Assembly: GCA_963664395.2 (NCBI GenBank)
Contig: OY761159.2
Location: 3,104,001 to 3,168,000 of the forward strand
DNA from: Candidatus Binatia bacterium
GTDB taxonomy: Bacteria; Desulfobacterota; Binatia; Bin18
Length of the DNA: 64,000 nucleotides
Direction: 5' to 3'
Position 1 is the first letter of the stretch, and each line of letters begins with the position of its first letter. Below the pieces are notes generated by a model that saw nothing but the letters and a program-made list of their open reading frames with translations, had not been told where the DNA came from and did no database searches. The position numbers and the translations under genes are program-made. This document shows positions 1 through 9,669 of this stretch, one piece after another.

Positions 1-1643
1 AGCCGGGCTTCACGCGCCCCGCGCTGCAAGAAGAGCTCGATGCGGTGATTGTCGGCGGGGGCTTTGGCGGCCTCCTTGCAGCAGCGCGGCTGCAGAAGGC
101 CGGCATCACGAATATTCGCATCATCGAGAAGGCCGGAGATTTTGGCGGGACCTGGTACTGGAACCGCTATCCCGGCGCTCAGTGTGACATCGAATCCTAC
201 GTGTATCTGCCGCTGCTCGAAGAGACCGGATACATCCCAAAGGAAAAATACTCCTTTGCGCCGGAGATTTTTGCCCACGCCCAGCGGATCGGCAAGCACT
301 TCAACCTGTACGAGCGGGCCTGCTTCCAAACTCAGGTAAAAGATGCGCGCTGGAACGAGCAGGAAGGGCGCTGGACGATCACCACCGATCGCGGCGATGT
401 CTTCCGGGCGCGCTTTGTCATCATGTCGAGTGGGCCGCTCAACCGGCCCAAGCTGCCGGCGATTCCGGGTATCGAAAAATTCACAGGACATACCTTTCAC
501 ACCAGCCGCTGGGACTATGCCTACACCGGTGGCGATACGACCGGCGGGCTACACAAACTCAAAGATAAACGCGTAGGTATCATTGGCACCGGGGCGACTG
601 TGATCCAGTCGGTGTCACATCTCGGCGCGCACGCCAAACAGCTCTACGTGTTCCAGCGCACGCCGTCGTCGGTGGACGAGCGCGGCAACAAGCCGACCGA
701 CCCGGAATGGGTCGGGACGCTGAAGCCCGGCTGGCAGGATTACCGCAACAACAATTTCTGCTCCATCCTGGCCGGAATTCCGGTTGAGGAAGACCTGGTC
801 GGCGACAAGTGGACCAGCCTGTTCAAAAAGCTCTCCGAACTGCTCACCGGCAAGGAGAACTCGAACCTCTCCGACGAAGGCATGGCGCTCATGTCAGAGA
901 TCGCCGACTACCAGAAGATGAACGAAATTCGCGACCGCGTGTCCACGACCGTCGGCGACCCGGAGACCGCGGAGGCGCTCAAACCCTGGTACGGCCAGTG
1001 GTGCAAGCGTCCGACCTTCAACGACGAATACTTGCCCACCTTCAACCGCCCCAACGTGAAGCTGGTGGACACCAAGGGGAAAGGCGTTGAGCGGGTAACA
1101 GAAAATGCGGTGGTCGTGGACGGCGTCGAGTACGAAGTGGACTGTCTGATCTACGCCACGGGCTTCGAGGTCGGGACGGCGTACACGCAGCGCTCCGAGT
1201 TCGAGGTGTACGGGCGTGACGGGCTCTCGCTGCGCGACTACTGGGCCGACGGCATGAGGACCTACCACGGCTTCCTGAGCTACGGCTTCCCGAACTGCTT
1301 CCATATGGGTCTCACCCAGACCGGTCTTGCGCCCAACTTCACCTATATGCTGAACGGGCAGGCCACCCACATCGCTCATCTCATTACCCAGGTAGAAGAT
1401 CGCGAAGCACAGTCAGTGGAGCCCACCCCCGAGGCCGAGGCGGAGTGGGTGAAACTGCTGACCGGACCGACCTTCATGACCGAGTACCAGAACACCTGTA
1501 CGCCCGGCTACTACAATGGCGAGGGAAAAAATGAGGGCCAGGGCTTCATCGAGGTCCAATACCCTGATGGTGCGGTGCCCTTTTACGACATGCTCGCCGC
1601 CTGGCGCGAGCAGGACGAGTTTGAGGGCCTCATCGTTCGGTAG
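1..1643 (+). CDS. Baeyer-Villiger monooxygenase (flavin-containing, cyclohexanone/pentalenolactone monooxygenase-like), 5'-partial
   Basis: GGGFGG Rossmann motif, [15 protein letters not shown] fingerprint [16 protein letters not shown]; the frame is open from the window start ([20 protein letters not shown]). Confidence 0.93.
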   Translation, partial: PGFTRPALQEELDAVIVGGGFGGLLAAARLQKAGITNIRIIEKAGDFGGTWYWNRYPGAQCDIESYVYLPLLEETGYIPKEKYSFAPEIFAHAQRIGKHFNLYERACFQTQVKDARWNEQEGRWTITTDRGDVFRARFVIMSSGPLNRPKLPAIPGIEKFTGHTFHTSRWDYAYTGGDTTGGLHKLKDKRVGIIGTGATVIQSVSHLGAHAKQLYVFQRTPSSVDERGNKPTDPEWVGTLKPGWQDYRNNNFCSILAGIPVEEDLVGDKWTSLFKKLSELLTGKENSNLSDEGMALMSEIADYQKMNEIRDRVSTTVGDPETAEALKPWYGQWCKRPTFNDEYLPTFNRPNVKLVDTKGKGVERVTENAVVVDGVEYEVDCLIYATGFEVGTAYTQRSEFEVYGRDGLSLRDYWADGMRTYHGFLSYGFPNCFHMGLTQTGLAPNFTYMLNGQATHIAHLITQVEDREAQSVEPTPEAEAEWVKLLTGPTFMTEYQNTCTPGYYNGEGKNEGQGFIEVQYPDGAVPFYDMLAAWREQDEFEGLIVR

Positions 1644-1646
1644 GCC

Positions 1647-1670
1647 GCTGGGGGCCGCGCGGCCCCCAGC
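1647..1670. terminator. Perfect 24-bp palindrome between convergent genes, probable bidirectional terminator
   Basis: gctgggggccgc|gcggcccccagc lies between the stop codons at 1643 and 1682. Confidence 0.6.
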
Positions 1671-1681
1671 CCGTTAGCGTT

Positions 1682-3100
1682 TTAGGCCTTGGCGGCGAGC
1701 CAGGCCTCGGTTTCGGCCAGCGCGTCTTTCAGCCGCTGCAGGAGCACACTGATCTCCTGCGGGCTGATGATCAACGGCGGCGCCATAAAAATAATGTCAG
1801 GTCCCATTTCACGCACGAGGAGCCCGCGCTTCAGGGCCGCCCGACGGACGTAGTCGGCGACGTTGTACTCAAGCGGAAAAGGCTCGCGGGTGTCCTTGTT
1901 CTGGACGAACTCCAGGGCCGCGATTAAGCCCATACCCCGCACATCGCCGACGATGGGCGAGGAGTGCAACTCGGCCAGCCCCTCGTGAAAGAGCGTTCCC
2001 ATCCGGGCCGCATGGTCGACGAGCTGCTCCCGCTCCATAATTTCAAGCGTCTTCAGTCCGGCCGCGCAGCACACTGGGTGACCGGAGTTCGTATAGCCGT
2101 GGGCGAACTCGGTGCCTTCGGGAGCGTGCAGAAAGGTGTCGTAAATCTTCTCGTGCAGGAGCACCGCGCCGAGCGGCAGATAGCCGCTATTGATGCCTTT
2201 GGCCGTGCTGATCATATCCGGGGTGACGCCCGCGTGCTCAATGGCGAACATCTTGCCCGTTCGTCCAAAACCGGTAATGACTTCATCGGACACCATGAGC
2301 ACATCATATTTGTCACAGATCGCCCGGACCCGTTGGAAATATTCCGGGGGAAGGGGGATGCCGCCACCGCCTCCCAGCACGGGTTCGGCAATAAAGAAGG
2401 CAACGGTCTCCGGCCCTTCTTCGAGAATGACCTTTTCCAGCATATCCGCACAGGCGAGGGTGCAGGCCGGCTGCGTTCCACACTGCTCACAGCGATAGCG
2501 GTACGGGGTGGGGATATGTCGAACCTTTGACAGCATGGGCTCAAAGTGTTCGTGCATATGCGGCAGCCCCGTCAGGCTGGCGGCCCCATACGTCGCGCCG
2601 TGATAGCTGCGGTCCAGCGCAATCGCCGTGGTTTTCTTCTCAAAGCCGCGCAGCCGGAAATAGAGGCGACTGACCTTGATGACCGTCTCGTTGGCTTCCG
2701 AACCGCCTGAGACAAAAATCACCCGGTTCAGCCCGTCCGGTGCCTGCGCGGTAAGCTTTGCCGCCAGTTCAATGGAGGGTGGGGTGGAGAAATTCCAGCC
2801 GCCTAAATGAAACGGGAGGGTCTTCATTTGCGCGTGGACCGCGTCGGCAATCTCGGTCTGGTCATAGCCCAAGCCCACATTGCCAATGCCGGAGCAGCCA
2901 TCGAGATACTGATTGCCCTCAGCATCCCAAAGATAGATCCCTTTCCCCGCTACAATAACGGTGAAATCTCCGTCGGCATGATCCTGAAAGGTCGTAAAGA
3001 TCGGCAGCTTATTCTGGCGTTCCAGGTCTCGTAACTTCTCAACGTCCAGCTCAAAGGGACGCGGGGCGGGCTGCTGCGCGTATGCCTGCTGCTGACTCAT
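1682..3100 (-). CDS. Class III PLP aminotransferase (omega-amino acid/BioA-like)
   Basis: GIYLWDAEGNQYLD, SGGSEANE, SYHGAT, DEVITGFGRTG, TAKGINSGYLPLG. Confidence 0.92.
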   Translation of the reverse strand: MSQQQAYAQQPAPRPFELDVEKLRDLERQNKLPIFTTFQDHADGDFTVIVAGKGIYLWDAEGNQYLDGCSGIGNVGLGYDQTEIADAVHAQMKTLPFHLGGWNFSTPPSIELAAKLTAQAPDGLNRVIFVSGGSEANETVIKVSRLYFRLRGFEKKTTAIALDRSYHGATYGAASLTGLPHMHEHFEPMLSKVRHIPTPYRYRCEQCGTQPACTLACADMLEKVILEEGPETVAFFIAEPVLGGGGGIPLPPEYFQRVRAICDKYDVLMVSDEVITGFGRTGKMFAIEHAGVTPDMISTAKGINSGYLPLGAVLLHEKIYDTFLHAPEGTEFAHGYTNSGHPVCCAAGLKTLEIMEREQLVDHAARMGTLFHEGLAELHSSPIVGDVRGMGLIAALEFVQNKDTREPFPLEYNVADYVRRAALKRGLLVREMGPDIIFMAPPLIISPQEISVLLQRLKDALAETEAWLAAKA

Positions 3101-3460
3101 ATTTTACCCTCCTTATTCTTGAGTTTGGGTTGGGAATGTCACGCAGAGCGTAAGACCATTGCCGACCAGAGTCAAACGGTGAACCGGAGCGTGCATGACA
3201 ACCGGCTTGACCGCTCTTCACCTATTCTTGCAGCCGTAATTGCGTAATTGACGCTTTCGCCCGTTTCTGCCAATTTGAGTCTACATCCTCCAGGCAGTGA
3301 GCCCGATACGTCGGGTCGCCTGCTGAATACAATAGCTACCAACATGCGAGAGTCATGATCCGCGCTTAGGCGAATGCGTAGGACTTCACACATTCTCTGC
3401 TGCGAAGGATGCACGACCCGGCACTCCCGCCGGGACCATTGCTCAGGAAAGGAGTGGGAT

Positions 3461-4063
3461 ATGGGGCTTCGTTTTAGTGCTGTTATCCTCGGGATAGCCT
3501 GGCTTATCAGTCCGCCCACATGGGCGACCACGGTCATTGAGAAATCACTTACAGACTTAGTGCAGGAGGCGGATACCATTGTGGTCGGCACAGTCTCCGC
3601 TATTGAGGCCGAATGGGATGCCGCAAGTGAGACCCCGTTTACCTACGTCACCTTCACCGACCTCGACATCCTTAAAGGTGAGGCAGACCAAACGGAGTTG
3701 ACGCTGCGGTTTCTCGGCGGTCCGCGTCCTGACGGCACGATCCTCCAGATTGCTAGCGTCCCGCAATTTGCTATTGGGGAACGAAACGTCCTCTTTGTGA
3801 CGGGCAATGACCACTATGCGGTGCCGCTCGTCGGACTTTGGCAAGGGGTCTATCGGGTGGTCTTTGATCCCGCACGGGACACCGACACCGTCTATACCCA
3901 CACCATGCAGCCGCTGACCACGCTGCCCTCCGGCGGAGGAAACATCCTGCACGATGAGGACACCACAGGTCAGCAGGCACAAGCGCTCCGACAGGATTCA
4001 ACGGAAGCCATGTCGCTTGAGACCTTCTCTAACTTGATTGAGCAGGAGGCGAATCGTGACTAG
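3461..4063 (+). CDS. Secreted hypothetical protein, partner of the downstream matrixin
   Basis: GGAG RBS before ATG 3461; signal peptide ending TWA|TT; L..LV.EADTIVVGTV motif; overlaps the start of the next gene. Confidence 0.75.
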   Translation: MGLRFSAVILGIAWLISPPTWATTVIEKSLTDLVQEADTIVVGTVSAIEAEWDAASETPFTYVTFTDLDILKGEADQTELTLRFLGGPRPDGTILQIASVPQFAIGERNVLFVTGNDHYAVPLVGLWQGVYRVVFDPARDTDTVYTHTMQPLTTLPSGGGNILHDEDTTGQQAQALRQDSTEAMSLETFSNLIEQEANRD

Positions 4064-5153
4064 GAATCTGATTCGTACGACCCTTCTTACGTTCGTGCTC
4101 ATGGGTCTGTGGGCGCTGTCTGAGAGCGACGCCTATGTCAGGTCAACCGATCAGAGAACAGGCAGACCCCTCTTCTGGGCGAGTCACGCGGTCACACTGA
4201 CGCTGAACTTCCCGAATGTCCCGTGTGTCTCTGCCCCAGGCTCATGTTATGAAACGGCAGCAAGCGCGGCCGCTCAGGACTGGAACAAGACCGGGGCACG
4301 GTTTACGTTCACAACAAGGCTGGCCCCCGTCGATCCTTGCCTTCAGGATGGTCGCAATGCCGTCAGCTTTGGGACCACATTCTGCGGCCAGAGTTTCCCA
4401 CCAGGCGTGCTTGCCATCACAGGGACGAGCTCTCTCCCCACGGGTGAAATCCGTGAGTCGGCTGTCCTCTTCTATGTGGACCCCAATCCTACCTCCGCGT
4501 TTTTCTGGGATGTCTATGAGGGGCCACAACGGTCCGTCGCCGGTACACCGATCTACGACTTTTACCGGGTGGCCTCTCATGAATTCGGCCATGTGCTCGG
4601 TCTCGCCCATCCCGACGATTACGGGCAATTTGTGCGTGCCCTGATGAATTCCAAGGCCTCCGATATTGACCGCCCACAACCCGACGATATCAGAGGGATT
4701 CACGCGATCTATGGCAGCCGTACGCCACTTCCTTCTTCCAAGGGTATCTTAGAGAACCCTGGCCATCAGACCTTCAAAAGCGGCATTGGCGTCATCTCGG
4801 GCTGGGCCTGTGAGGCCAACCGAGTGGAAGTGGCCATCGGACAGACGCGGTTCCAAGCCGTCTATGGTTCCGAGCGTTCGGATACGCGCGGGGTCTGCGG
4901 AGATACAAACAACGGCTTTGTGATCTTGTTCAACTGGAACGTGCTGGGCGACGGCGTGCATACGGCGCGGCTTTTGGTCGATGGACGTATGCTGGGTTCT
5001 CCCGCTGAGTTTAAGGTCACAACCTTTGGCCAAGAGTTTGCCCGGGGATTGGAGGGGACCTACACGTTGTTCGATTTCCCGCGCCTTGGAAACGAGACAC
5101 TCATTGGCTGGGATCAGAATGTACAGAATTTTTCCATTCTGGAAAGAAGATAG
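4056..5153 (+). CDS. Secreted matrixin-family (M10-like metzincin) zinc metalloprotease with extra C-terminal beta-rich domain
   Basis: HEFGHVLGLAH zinc motif, Met-turn ALMNS, DDIRGIHAIYG; signal peptide; GGAGG RBS before GTG 4056. Confidence 0.88.
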   Translation: MTRNLIRTTLLTFVLMGLWALSESDAYVRSTDQRTGRPLFWASHAVTLTLNFPNVPCVSAPGSCYETAASAAAQDWNKTGARFTFTTRLAPVDPCLQDGRNAVSFGTTFCGQSFPPGVLAITGTSSLPTGEIRESAVLFYVDPNPTSAFFWDVYEGPQRSVAGTPIYDFYRVASHEFGHVLGLAHPDDYGQFVRALMNSKASDIDRPQPDDIRGIHAIYGSRTPLPSSKGILENPGHQTFKSGIGVISGWACEANRVEVAIGQTRFQAVYGSERSDTRGVCGDTNNGFVILFNWNVLGDGVHTARLLVDGRMLGSPAEFKVTTFGQEFARGLEGTYTLFDFPRLGNETLIGWDQNVQNFSILERR

Positions 5154-5269
5154 AGGTGAGCCCTGAGTTCCTCACCAGTAAGGAGGTCAGATTGGAACAC
5201 TTCCCCTTCCAATTTGGGACAGTAGGAGTGAAATTGGGACAGTATCTGGGGACCTCTGCCTCTGTCCCG

Positions 5270-6031
5270 TTACTGCGCTACATAGCCGCCATCCACCGCC
5301 ATGGGATGGCCGGTCACAAACGAGGCCGCGTCCGAACACAGCCAGGCCACGGCTTCCCCGATCTCGGACGGCTGGGCAAGCCGACCGACCGGTTCCGCGC
5401 TCGATATGCCTTCGGCCATTCCGGGGACTTTTTCAAAGGCGCGTTTGAGCATCGGCGTCTCCACGCCGCCCGGACAGACAGCGTTCACCCGAATGCCGGC
5501 CTTGGCATACTCAAGCGCCGCGGTCTTGGTGAGCCCGACCACACCGTGTTTGGCCGCGACGTAGGCAGACGCGGCTGGCATGCCTTGCAAGCCAGCCACC
5601 GAGGCCGTGTTCACAATCGCCCCTCCACCCTGGCTGAGCATCTGTCGGACTTCGGCTTTCATGCTCAACCACACGCCTTTGAGGTTGATGCCGATCACCC
5701 GACTCCAGGTCGCCTCTGGATAGTCCGGTGTGGGCAGGAAATCGCCTTCGATACCCGCATTATTAAACGCGCAGTCCAGCCGGCCATAGGTCTCAACCAC
5801 TGTCTTGACCATCGCCTCCGTATCCGTGGCTTGGGAGGTGTCGGTCCTGATAAAGATCGCTTCGCCCCCGGCGTCTTGAACCAGGCGTACGGTTTCCTCA
5901 GCGCCTTCGACATTCACATCCGCCACCGCGACTTTTGCCCCTTCACGAGCAAAAACCTGAGCGGTCGCTCGACCAATTCCGGTACTCCCCCCCGTAATCA
6001 AAGCGACCTTCCCTTCCAATAATCCTGCCAT
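5270..6031 (-). CDS. Short-chain dehydrogenase/reductase
   Basis: TGGSTGIG, NNAG, YVAAK, NAVCPG, VDGG. Confidence 0.93.
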   Translation of the reverse strand: MAGLLEGKVALITGGSTGIGRATAQVFAREGAKVAVADVNVEGAEETVRLVQDAGGEAIFIRTDTSQATDTEAMVKTVVETYGRLDCAFNNAGIEGDFLPTPDYPEATWSRVIGINLKGVWLSMKAEVRQMLSQGGGAIVNTASVAGLQGMPAASAYVAAKHGVVGLTKTAALEYAKAGIRVNAVCPGGVETPMLKRAFEKVPGMAEGISSAEPVGRLAQPSEIGEAVAWLCSDAASFVTGHPMAVDGGYVAQ

Positions 6032-6075
6032 ACCATTCCCTTTCTCTATCTCTCTCTCCCTGTCTCTGCCCCTGT

Positions 6076-7284
6076 CTATTGCCATGCACCCGAGGCGCTG
6101 GATTGGTAGCCCAGCGCCCGGTAGACGGCGTCGACCAAACTCTGTCCCCGCTCATTGAGCGACGCGCCTGAGCCCATCCGGTTCATGGTATAGCCAAAGG
6201 ACATGCCGGCTTTGGGGTCGGCAAAACCAAACGAGCCGCCCGCGCCAACATGACCGAACGCCTCCTCAGAGAACAGGACGCTGTCCTGCACTCCAGCCGG
6301 CTCCTTGCGGTTGTCCATGGTTTTCATGAAGCCCAGAGCAAACCGGGTCGGCATGACCAGTACGGCGTCTCTGCCGGTTGCAGACGACACGCGGCCCATA
6401 CGCGCCAGGGTCTCGGAGTTGACCAGTTCGACGTCGCCCTTTTTACCGCCCAGGGCGAGCGGCTCATACAGACCGGCCAGTCCACGCGCGTTGGTGATCC
6501 CGCCCGCACCGCCAATTTCGGCGGCGTGCGCAGCCCGGCTGTCATACTCAGGAACGGCGCCCATATACCCGCCCAGGTTGAGGATGGCCAAGGCCGCCAG
6601 CGTGCCCGGCTTGGTCATCTCCTGGAAGAGCGCGCTGCTTGGGTCGGGCTCGGCGGCAATCATGGGTGCCACCCGCGCCTCTTTGTCCTCGGGCAGGCCG
6701 ATCCAGAAGTCCAGGCCCAGGGGCTGGGCAATCTCGTCCCGAAAGAACGTGCCGAGTGACTTGCCGGACACGCGCCGAACCACCTCGCCGACCAGCCAGC
6801 CATAGGTGAGGGCATGATAGCCGTTCCGGGTGCCGGGCTCCCAAAAGGGTTCTTCTTTGGCCAGGGCGTTGACCATCAGATCCCAATCCGCATAGGCACC
6901 TTGCGGTAGATTTTCACGCACCGCAGGCAGCCCGGCCTGATGATTCAGCAGCATTTTGACCGGGATGTGTTCTTTGCCGGCCTGGGCAAACTCGGGCCAG
7001 TAGGTGGCGACCGGCGCATCGAGGTCGAGTTGGCCGCGCGACGCCAGGACGTGAGCGCAAATGGCCGTTGCCCCCTTTGTTGAGGAAAAGACGATGCTGA
7101 CCGTCTCATCGGTCCACGGCGTCTCGGTCTCGGGGTTGGCCGTCCCGCCCCACAGATTGACCATCGTTTGCCCGCCAACCGTCACACACACCGCCGCGCC
7201 AACTTCGCCGCGCTCTGCAAAATTGCGCTCGAACTCCTGACGCACCTCCTGAAACTTTTGGTCGCACGTTCCCTGCACTGCCAT
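6076..7284 (-). CDS. Serine hydrolase, beta-lactamase-fold esterase (family VIII)
   Basis: SSTK (SxxK), LLNHQAGL, YHALTYG, FGHVGAGGS. Confidence 0.92.
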   Translation of the reverse strand: MAVQGTCDQKFQEVRQEFERNFAERGEVGAAVCVTVGGQTMVNLWGGTANPETETPWTDETVSIVFSSTKGATAICAHVLASRGQLDLDAPVATYWPEFAQAGKEHIPVKMLLNHQAGLPAVRENLPQGAYADWDLMVNALAKEEPFWEPGTRNGYHALTYGWLVGEVVRRVSGKSLGTFFRDEIAQPLGLDFWIGLPEDKEARVAPMIAAEPDPSSALFQEMTKPGTLAALAILNLGGYMGAVPEYDSRAAHAAEIGGAGGITNARGLAGLYEPLALGGKKGDVELVNSETLARMGRVSSATGRDAVLVMPTRFALGFMKTMDNRKEPAGVQDSVLFSEEAFGHVGAGGSFGFADPKAGMSFGYTMNRMGSGASLNERGQSLVDAVYRALGYQSSASGAWQ

Positions 7285-7387
7285 GATGTTTCTCCTTTTT
7301 TATCCGGACGCTACGCTCCTGCTGTATCAAACCGGAGCGGCAAAGTCTGTGGGCCGCGGACGATGATCGAGGCAATCGAAAGCCATA

Positions 7388-7711
7388 TTATCCAAGCCGT
7401 TTCTGTCGCTCGCGGAGCAATAGGAATAACGGCAGGCCGGCGGCAAACGCCACCAGCCACGAAACCACAATGCAGATAATAAAATTTCGCGTGCCCAGCG
7501 TGCGCCCCTCGGAGAATAACCAGACGTTATACGCCACAAACGCAATCAACAGGTCGAACAGGAGCGAGGCGGTGGCCGCGCTCTCCATCGGCACAGTGAA
7601 GAAATCGACCAGGAGATTGCCGCCCGCACCCATATACTGGACGTTGTAATACATGGGCAGGAGTACCCCTAAGGCAACCAGAACCGCATAGACCGTCTCA
7701 CGTGTCGTCAT
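7388..7711 (-). CDS. Small membrane protein (DUF2834-like)
   Basis: Three hydrophobic helices, DLLI and PLFLLLRER motifs; GGAGG RBS. Confidence 0.75.
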   Translation of the reverse strand: MTTRETVYAVLVALGVLLPMYYNVQYMGAGGNLLVDFFTVPMESAATASLLFDLLIAFVAYNVWLFSEGRTLGTRNFIICIVVSWLVAFAAGLPLFLLLRERQKRLG

Positions 7712-7748
7712 ACGTCAGCCCTCCTGTTCCGTTCTTGATCGTTCTTGC

Positions 7749-7847
7749 CTATGGGTAGACGCCCCGCCGCCGCAACTCGGCGTAGACCGCGTAGGGCTCT
7801 TCCAGTACCTCAGGCACGAAGGGGTCTAGATTCGTCTGGTTCGGCAT
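7749..7847 (-). pseudogene. Cytochrome P450 N-terminal stub
   Basis: GGAGGA RBS then MPNQTNLDPFVPEVLEEPYAVYAELRRRGVYP*, resembling the P450 N-terminal DP....PY..YA.LR motif; stops after 32 codons. Confidence 0.55.
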
Positions 7848-8314
7848 CACTCCTCCCCGCAGGATAAACGATTCGGTCGCAGCCCGTCTTGACGCGGGTT
7901 CGATGCTGACGACTCGTGTTGACGTCGGCTTTTCAGGCACACCGGGCAACCACAGGGGGGCAGAGGGTGGCCTCGGGGCGGACGGAGGGGAGGGCAGGCA
8001 CGGGGGCCTGCCCCTACGGGGGACAGGGGCGATCCCGCATCGGGTGGCTGAATGGTGATAATGCCGTGTACGTGGTTGGGCATGATGATGAATGCGTCTG
8101 TTTCAATGCAGGGGTAATTCGCAGGTAACTCATCCCACGCGCCCTGCACCATTTGACCTGCATCGTTCAATACCATCCCACCATCCACAACATCGCCAAA
8201 CAGATATTCGTTGTTTTGGGTGCAAATAGTGAGAAAATACGCTCCTGGCTGCGAATACCCGTATCCCCGCAAACGGATGGAGCGGCGGTGATGTTTGGCC
8301 GGGTCGTATGCCAT
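7847..8314 (-). pseudogene. REP-associated tyrosine transposase (RAYT), 3'-truncated at its internal REP
   Basis: HHRRSIRLRGYGYSQPGAYFLTICT and IIMPNHVHGII (HUH); homology to the 15285-15956 copy ends just after VGAGPRACP; the WQRNYWEH catalytic-Tyr half is missing. Confidence 0.85.
7944..8017. repeat. REP family A (GTAG-type) element, partly rearranged
   Basis: gggcaggcacgggggcctgcccctac is identical to the copies ending at 15659 and 59886; a gggcaaccacaggggg half-site is at 7944. Confidence 0.8.
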
Positions 8315-8357
8315 TTGGTGTTCTCCACCAGGGCGGGCTCGGGACCAAAGCCCTCTT

Positions 8358-9590
8358 TTACTTGTAGCGAGGGAGCAATTTCTTGCCGAAGGTTTCGACT
8401 TGGCGTTTGACCTCGTCGAGCGGCAGGAAGCCTTGATCGCCCTGCCAGATAAACCATTCCGGGTTGATGTTCTCGACCATGGCGTCCAGGCTGCGCTGCA
8501 CATCGTCGACACTGCCAAGATAGGCAAAGTCGGCGCGCTCCATGCGCGGAATTGTGCACTCTTCCACAGGCAGCATGACTTGGCCGCTTGGATATTTTAC
8601 TTCGTCTTCCGGCTCCCGCCAGGCTTCAAAAAAGCCGAAGTGATAAAAGAAGTTCCGGAAGGCAGCGCCGCAAATCCCATCCTCTGCCAACCTGCGGGCC
8701 TGCTCTTTATTCTCAGCCAAATACATGGCGTGGACGACTCCCACGTTCTCACCCAACTGGACATCTCGGCCAGCCCGATGCGCTTCCGCGTGGTAGGCCT
8801 CAACCAGCTTACGGACTTTGGGCGGTTGCGAGATGAGAATGGTTGGTGTGATGCCTTCACGCGCACACCAGCGCACGGTCTCTTCACTGGCTGAGAATGC
8901 CTGAAACAGCGGCGGATGCGGGCGTTGAAACGGTTTGGGGATGACGTTGATCTTCTGGATACGACCCTGCTCATCAACTTCACCGGGAAAGCCAGCCTCG
9001 CGCGTCCATTCATGCGCCTGCCATGGCGTGCCTTCCTGCGGAGAAGGGTATTCGTAGTATTTGCCCTTAAAGCGAAACGGTTCATCGCCCCAGGCCAGTT
9101 TGAGGAACTGAAAGACCTCTTCAAATGCTTCCCGGTTAATACGGTCCGACTCGCTGTGGTCACTCAGCGTCGCGCCGACGTGAATCTTTTGCGCCATTTG
9201 GTTAAGCCAACGCGACTGATAGCCGCGCGCGAAGCCAACAAACGTCCGGCCCTTGGTGAGTTGATCGAGCCAGGCAATTTCGAGCGCCAGGCGGAGCGGG
9301 TTCCAGCCAGGGAGTACATAGCCGACCGGACCGACTTTGATGCGTTTAGTGTTATGAATCACATGCTGGGTCAGGACCGGCAGGCTGCCGATTTCAATGC
9401 CTTCGCTATGCAGGTGATGCTCAGGAAAACACACGGCATCAAAACCAACCTCTTCTGCCAACTGGCTGACTTCGACCACCTCGTCTATCATGCGCTGCCA
9501 GCGATCAGGGTGACTGGCAATCGGCCGCAGGGTGCGGCGCTCTTCCATAGTGGCCGGCAGGGTCGGCAGAAAAAAATACATGAATTTCAT
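8358..9590 (-). CDS. LLM-class (luciferase-like) flavin-dependent monooxygenase
   Basis: GFDAVCFPEHH, NPLRLALEIAWLDQLTKGR, PKPFQRPHPP. Confidence 0.92.
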   Translation of the reverse strand: MKFMYFFLPTLPATMEERRTLRPIASHPDRWQRMIDEVVEVSQLAEEVGFDAVCFPEHHLHSEGIEIGSLPVLTQHVIHNTKRIKVGPVGYVLPGWNPLRLALEIAWLDQLTKGRTFVGFARGYQSRWLNQMAQKIHVGATLSDHSESDRINREAFEEVFQFLKLAWGDEPFRFKGKYYEYPSPQEGTPWQAHEWTREAGFPGEVDEQGRIQKINVIPKPFQRPHPPLFQAFSASEETVRWCAREGITPTILISQPPKVRKLVEAYHAEAHRAGRDVQLGENVGVVHAMYLAENKEQARRLAEDGICGAAFRNFFYHFGFFEAWREPEDEVKYPSGQVMLPVEECTIPRMERADFAYLGSVDDVQRSLDAMVENINPEWFIWQGDQGFLPLDEVKRQVETFGKKLLPRYK

Positions 9591-9669
9591 GCGCTCTCCT
9601 CTTTGTTGGCGAGGTGGTGTTAGTGCGTCTGAATTTTCACGACAAAACCTTCCGGCAGCTCACGCTGAC

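Noticed and set aside
5156-6022. Long antisense ORFs (also 11812-12756, 17918-19138, 28799-30049, 48480-49319, 55356-56141 and others)
   Set aside because: Shadows of well-supported genes on the opposite strand, expected in GC-rich DNA; no motifs
6040-6078. CT/GA-rich low-complexity tract
   Set aside because: Short imperfect run in an intergenic spacer; not a clean SSR or phase-variable tract
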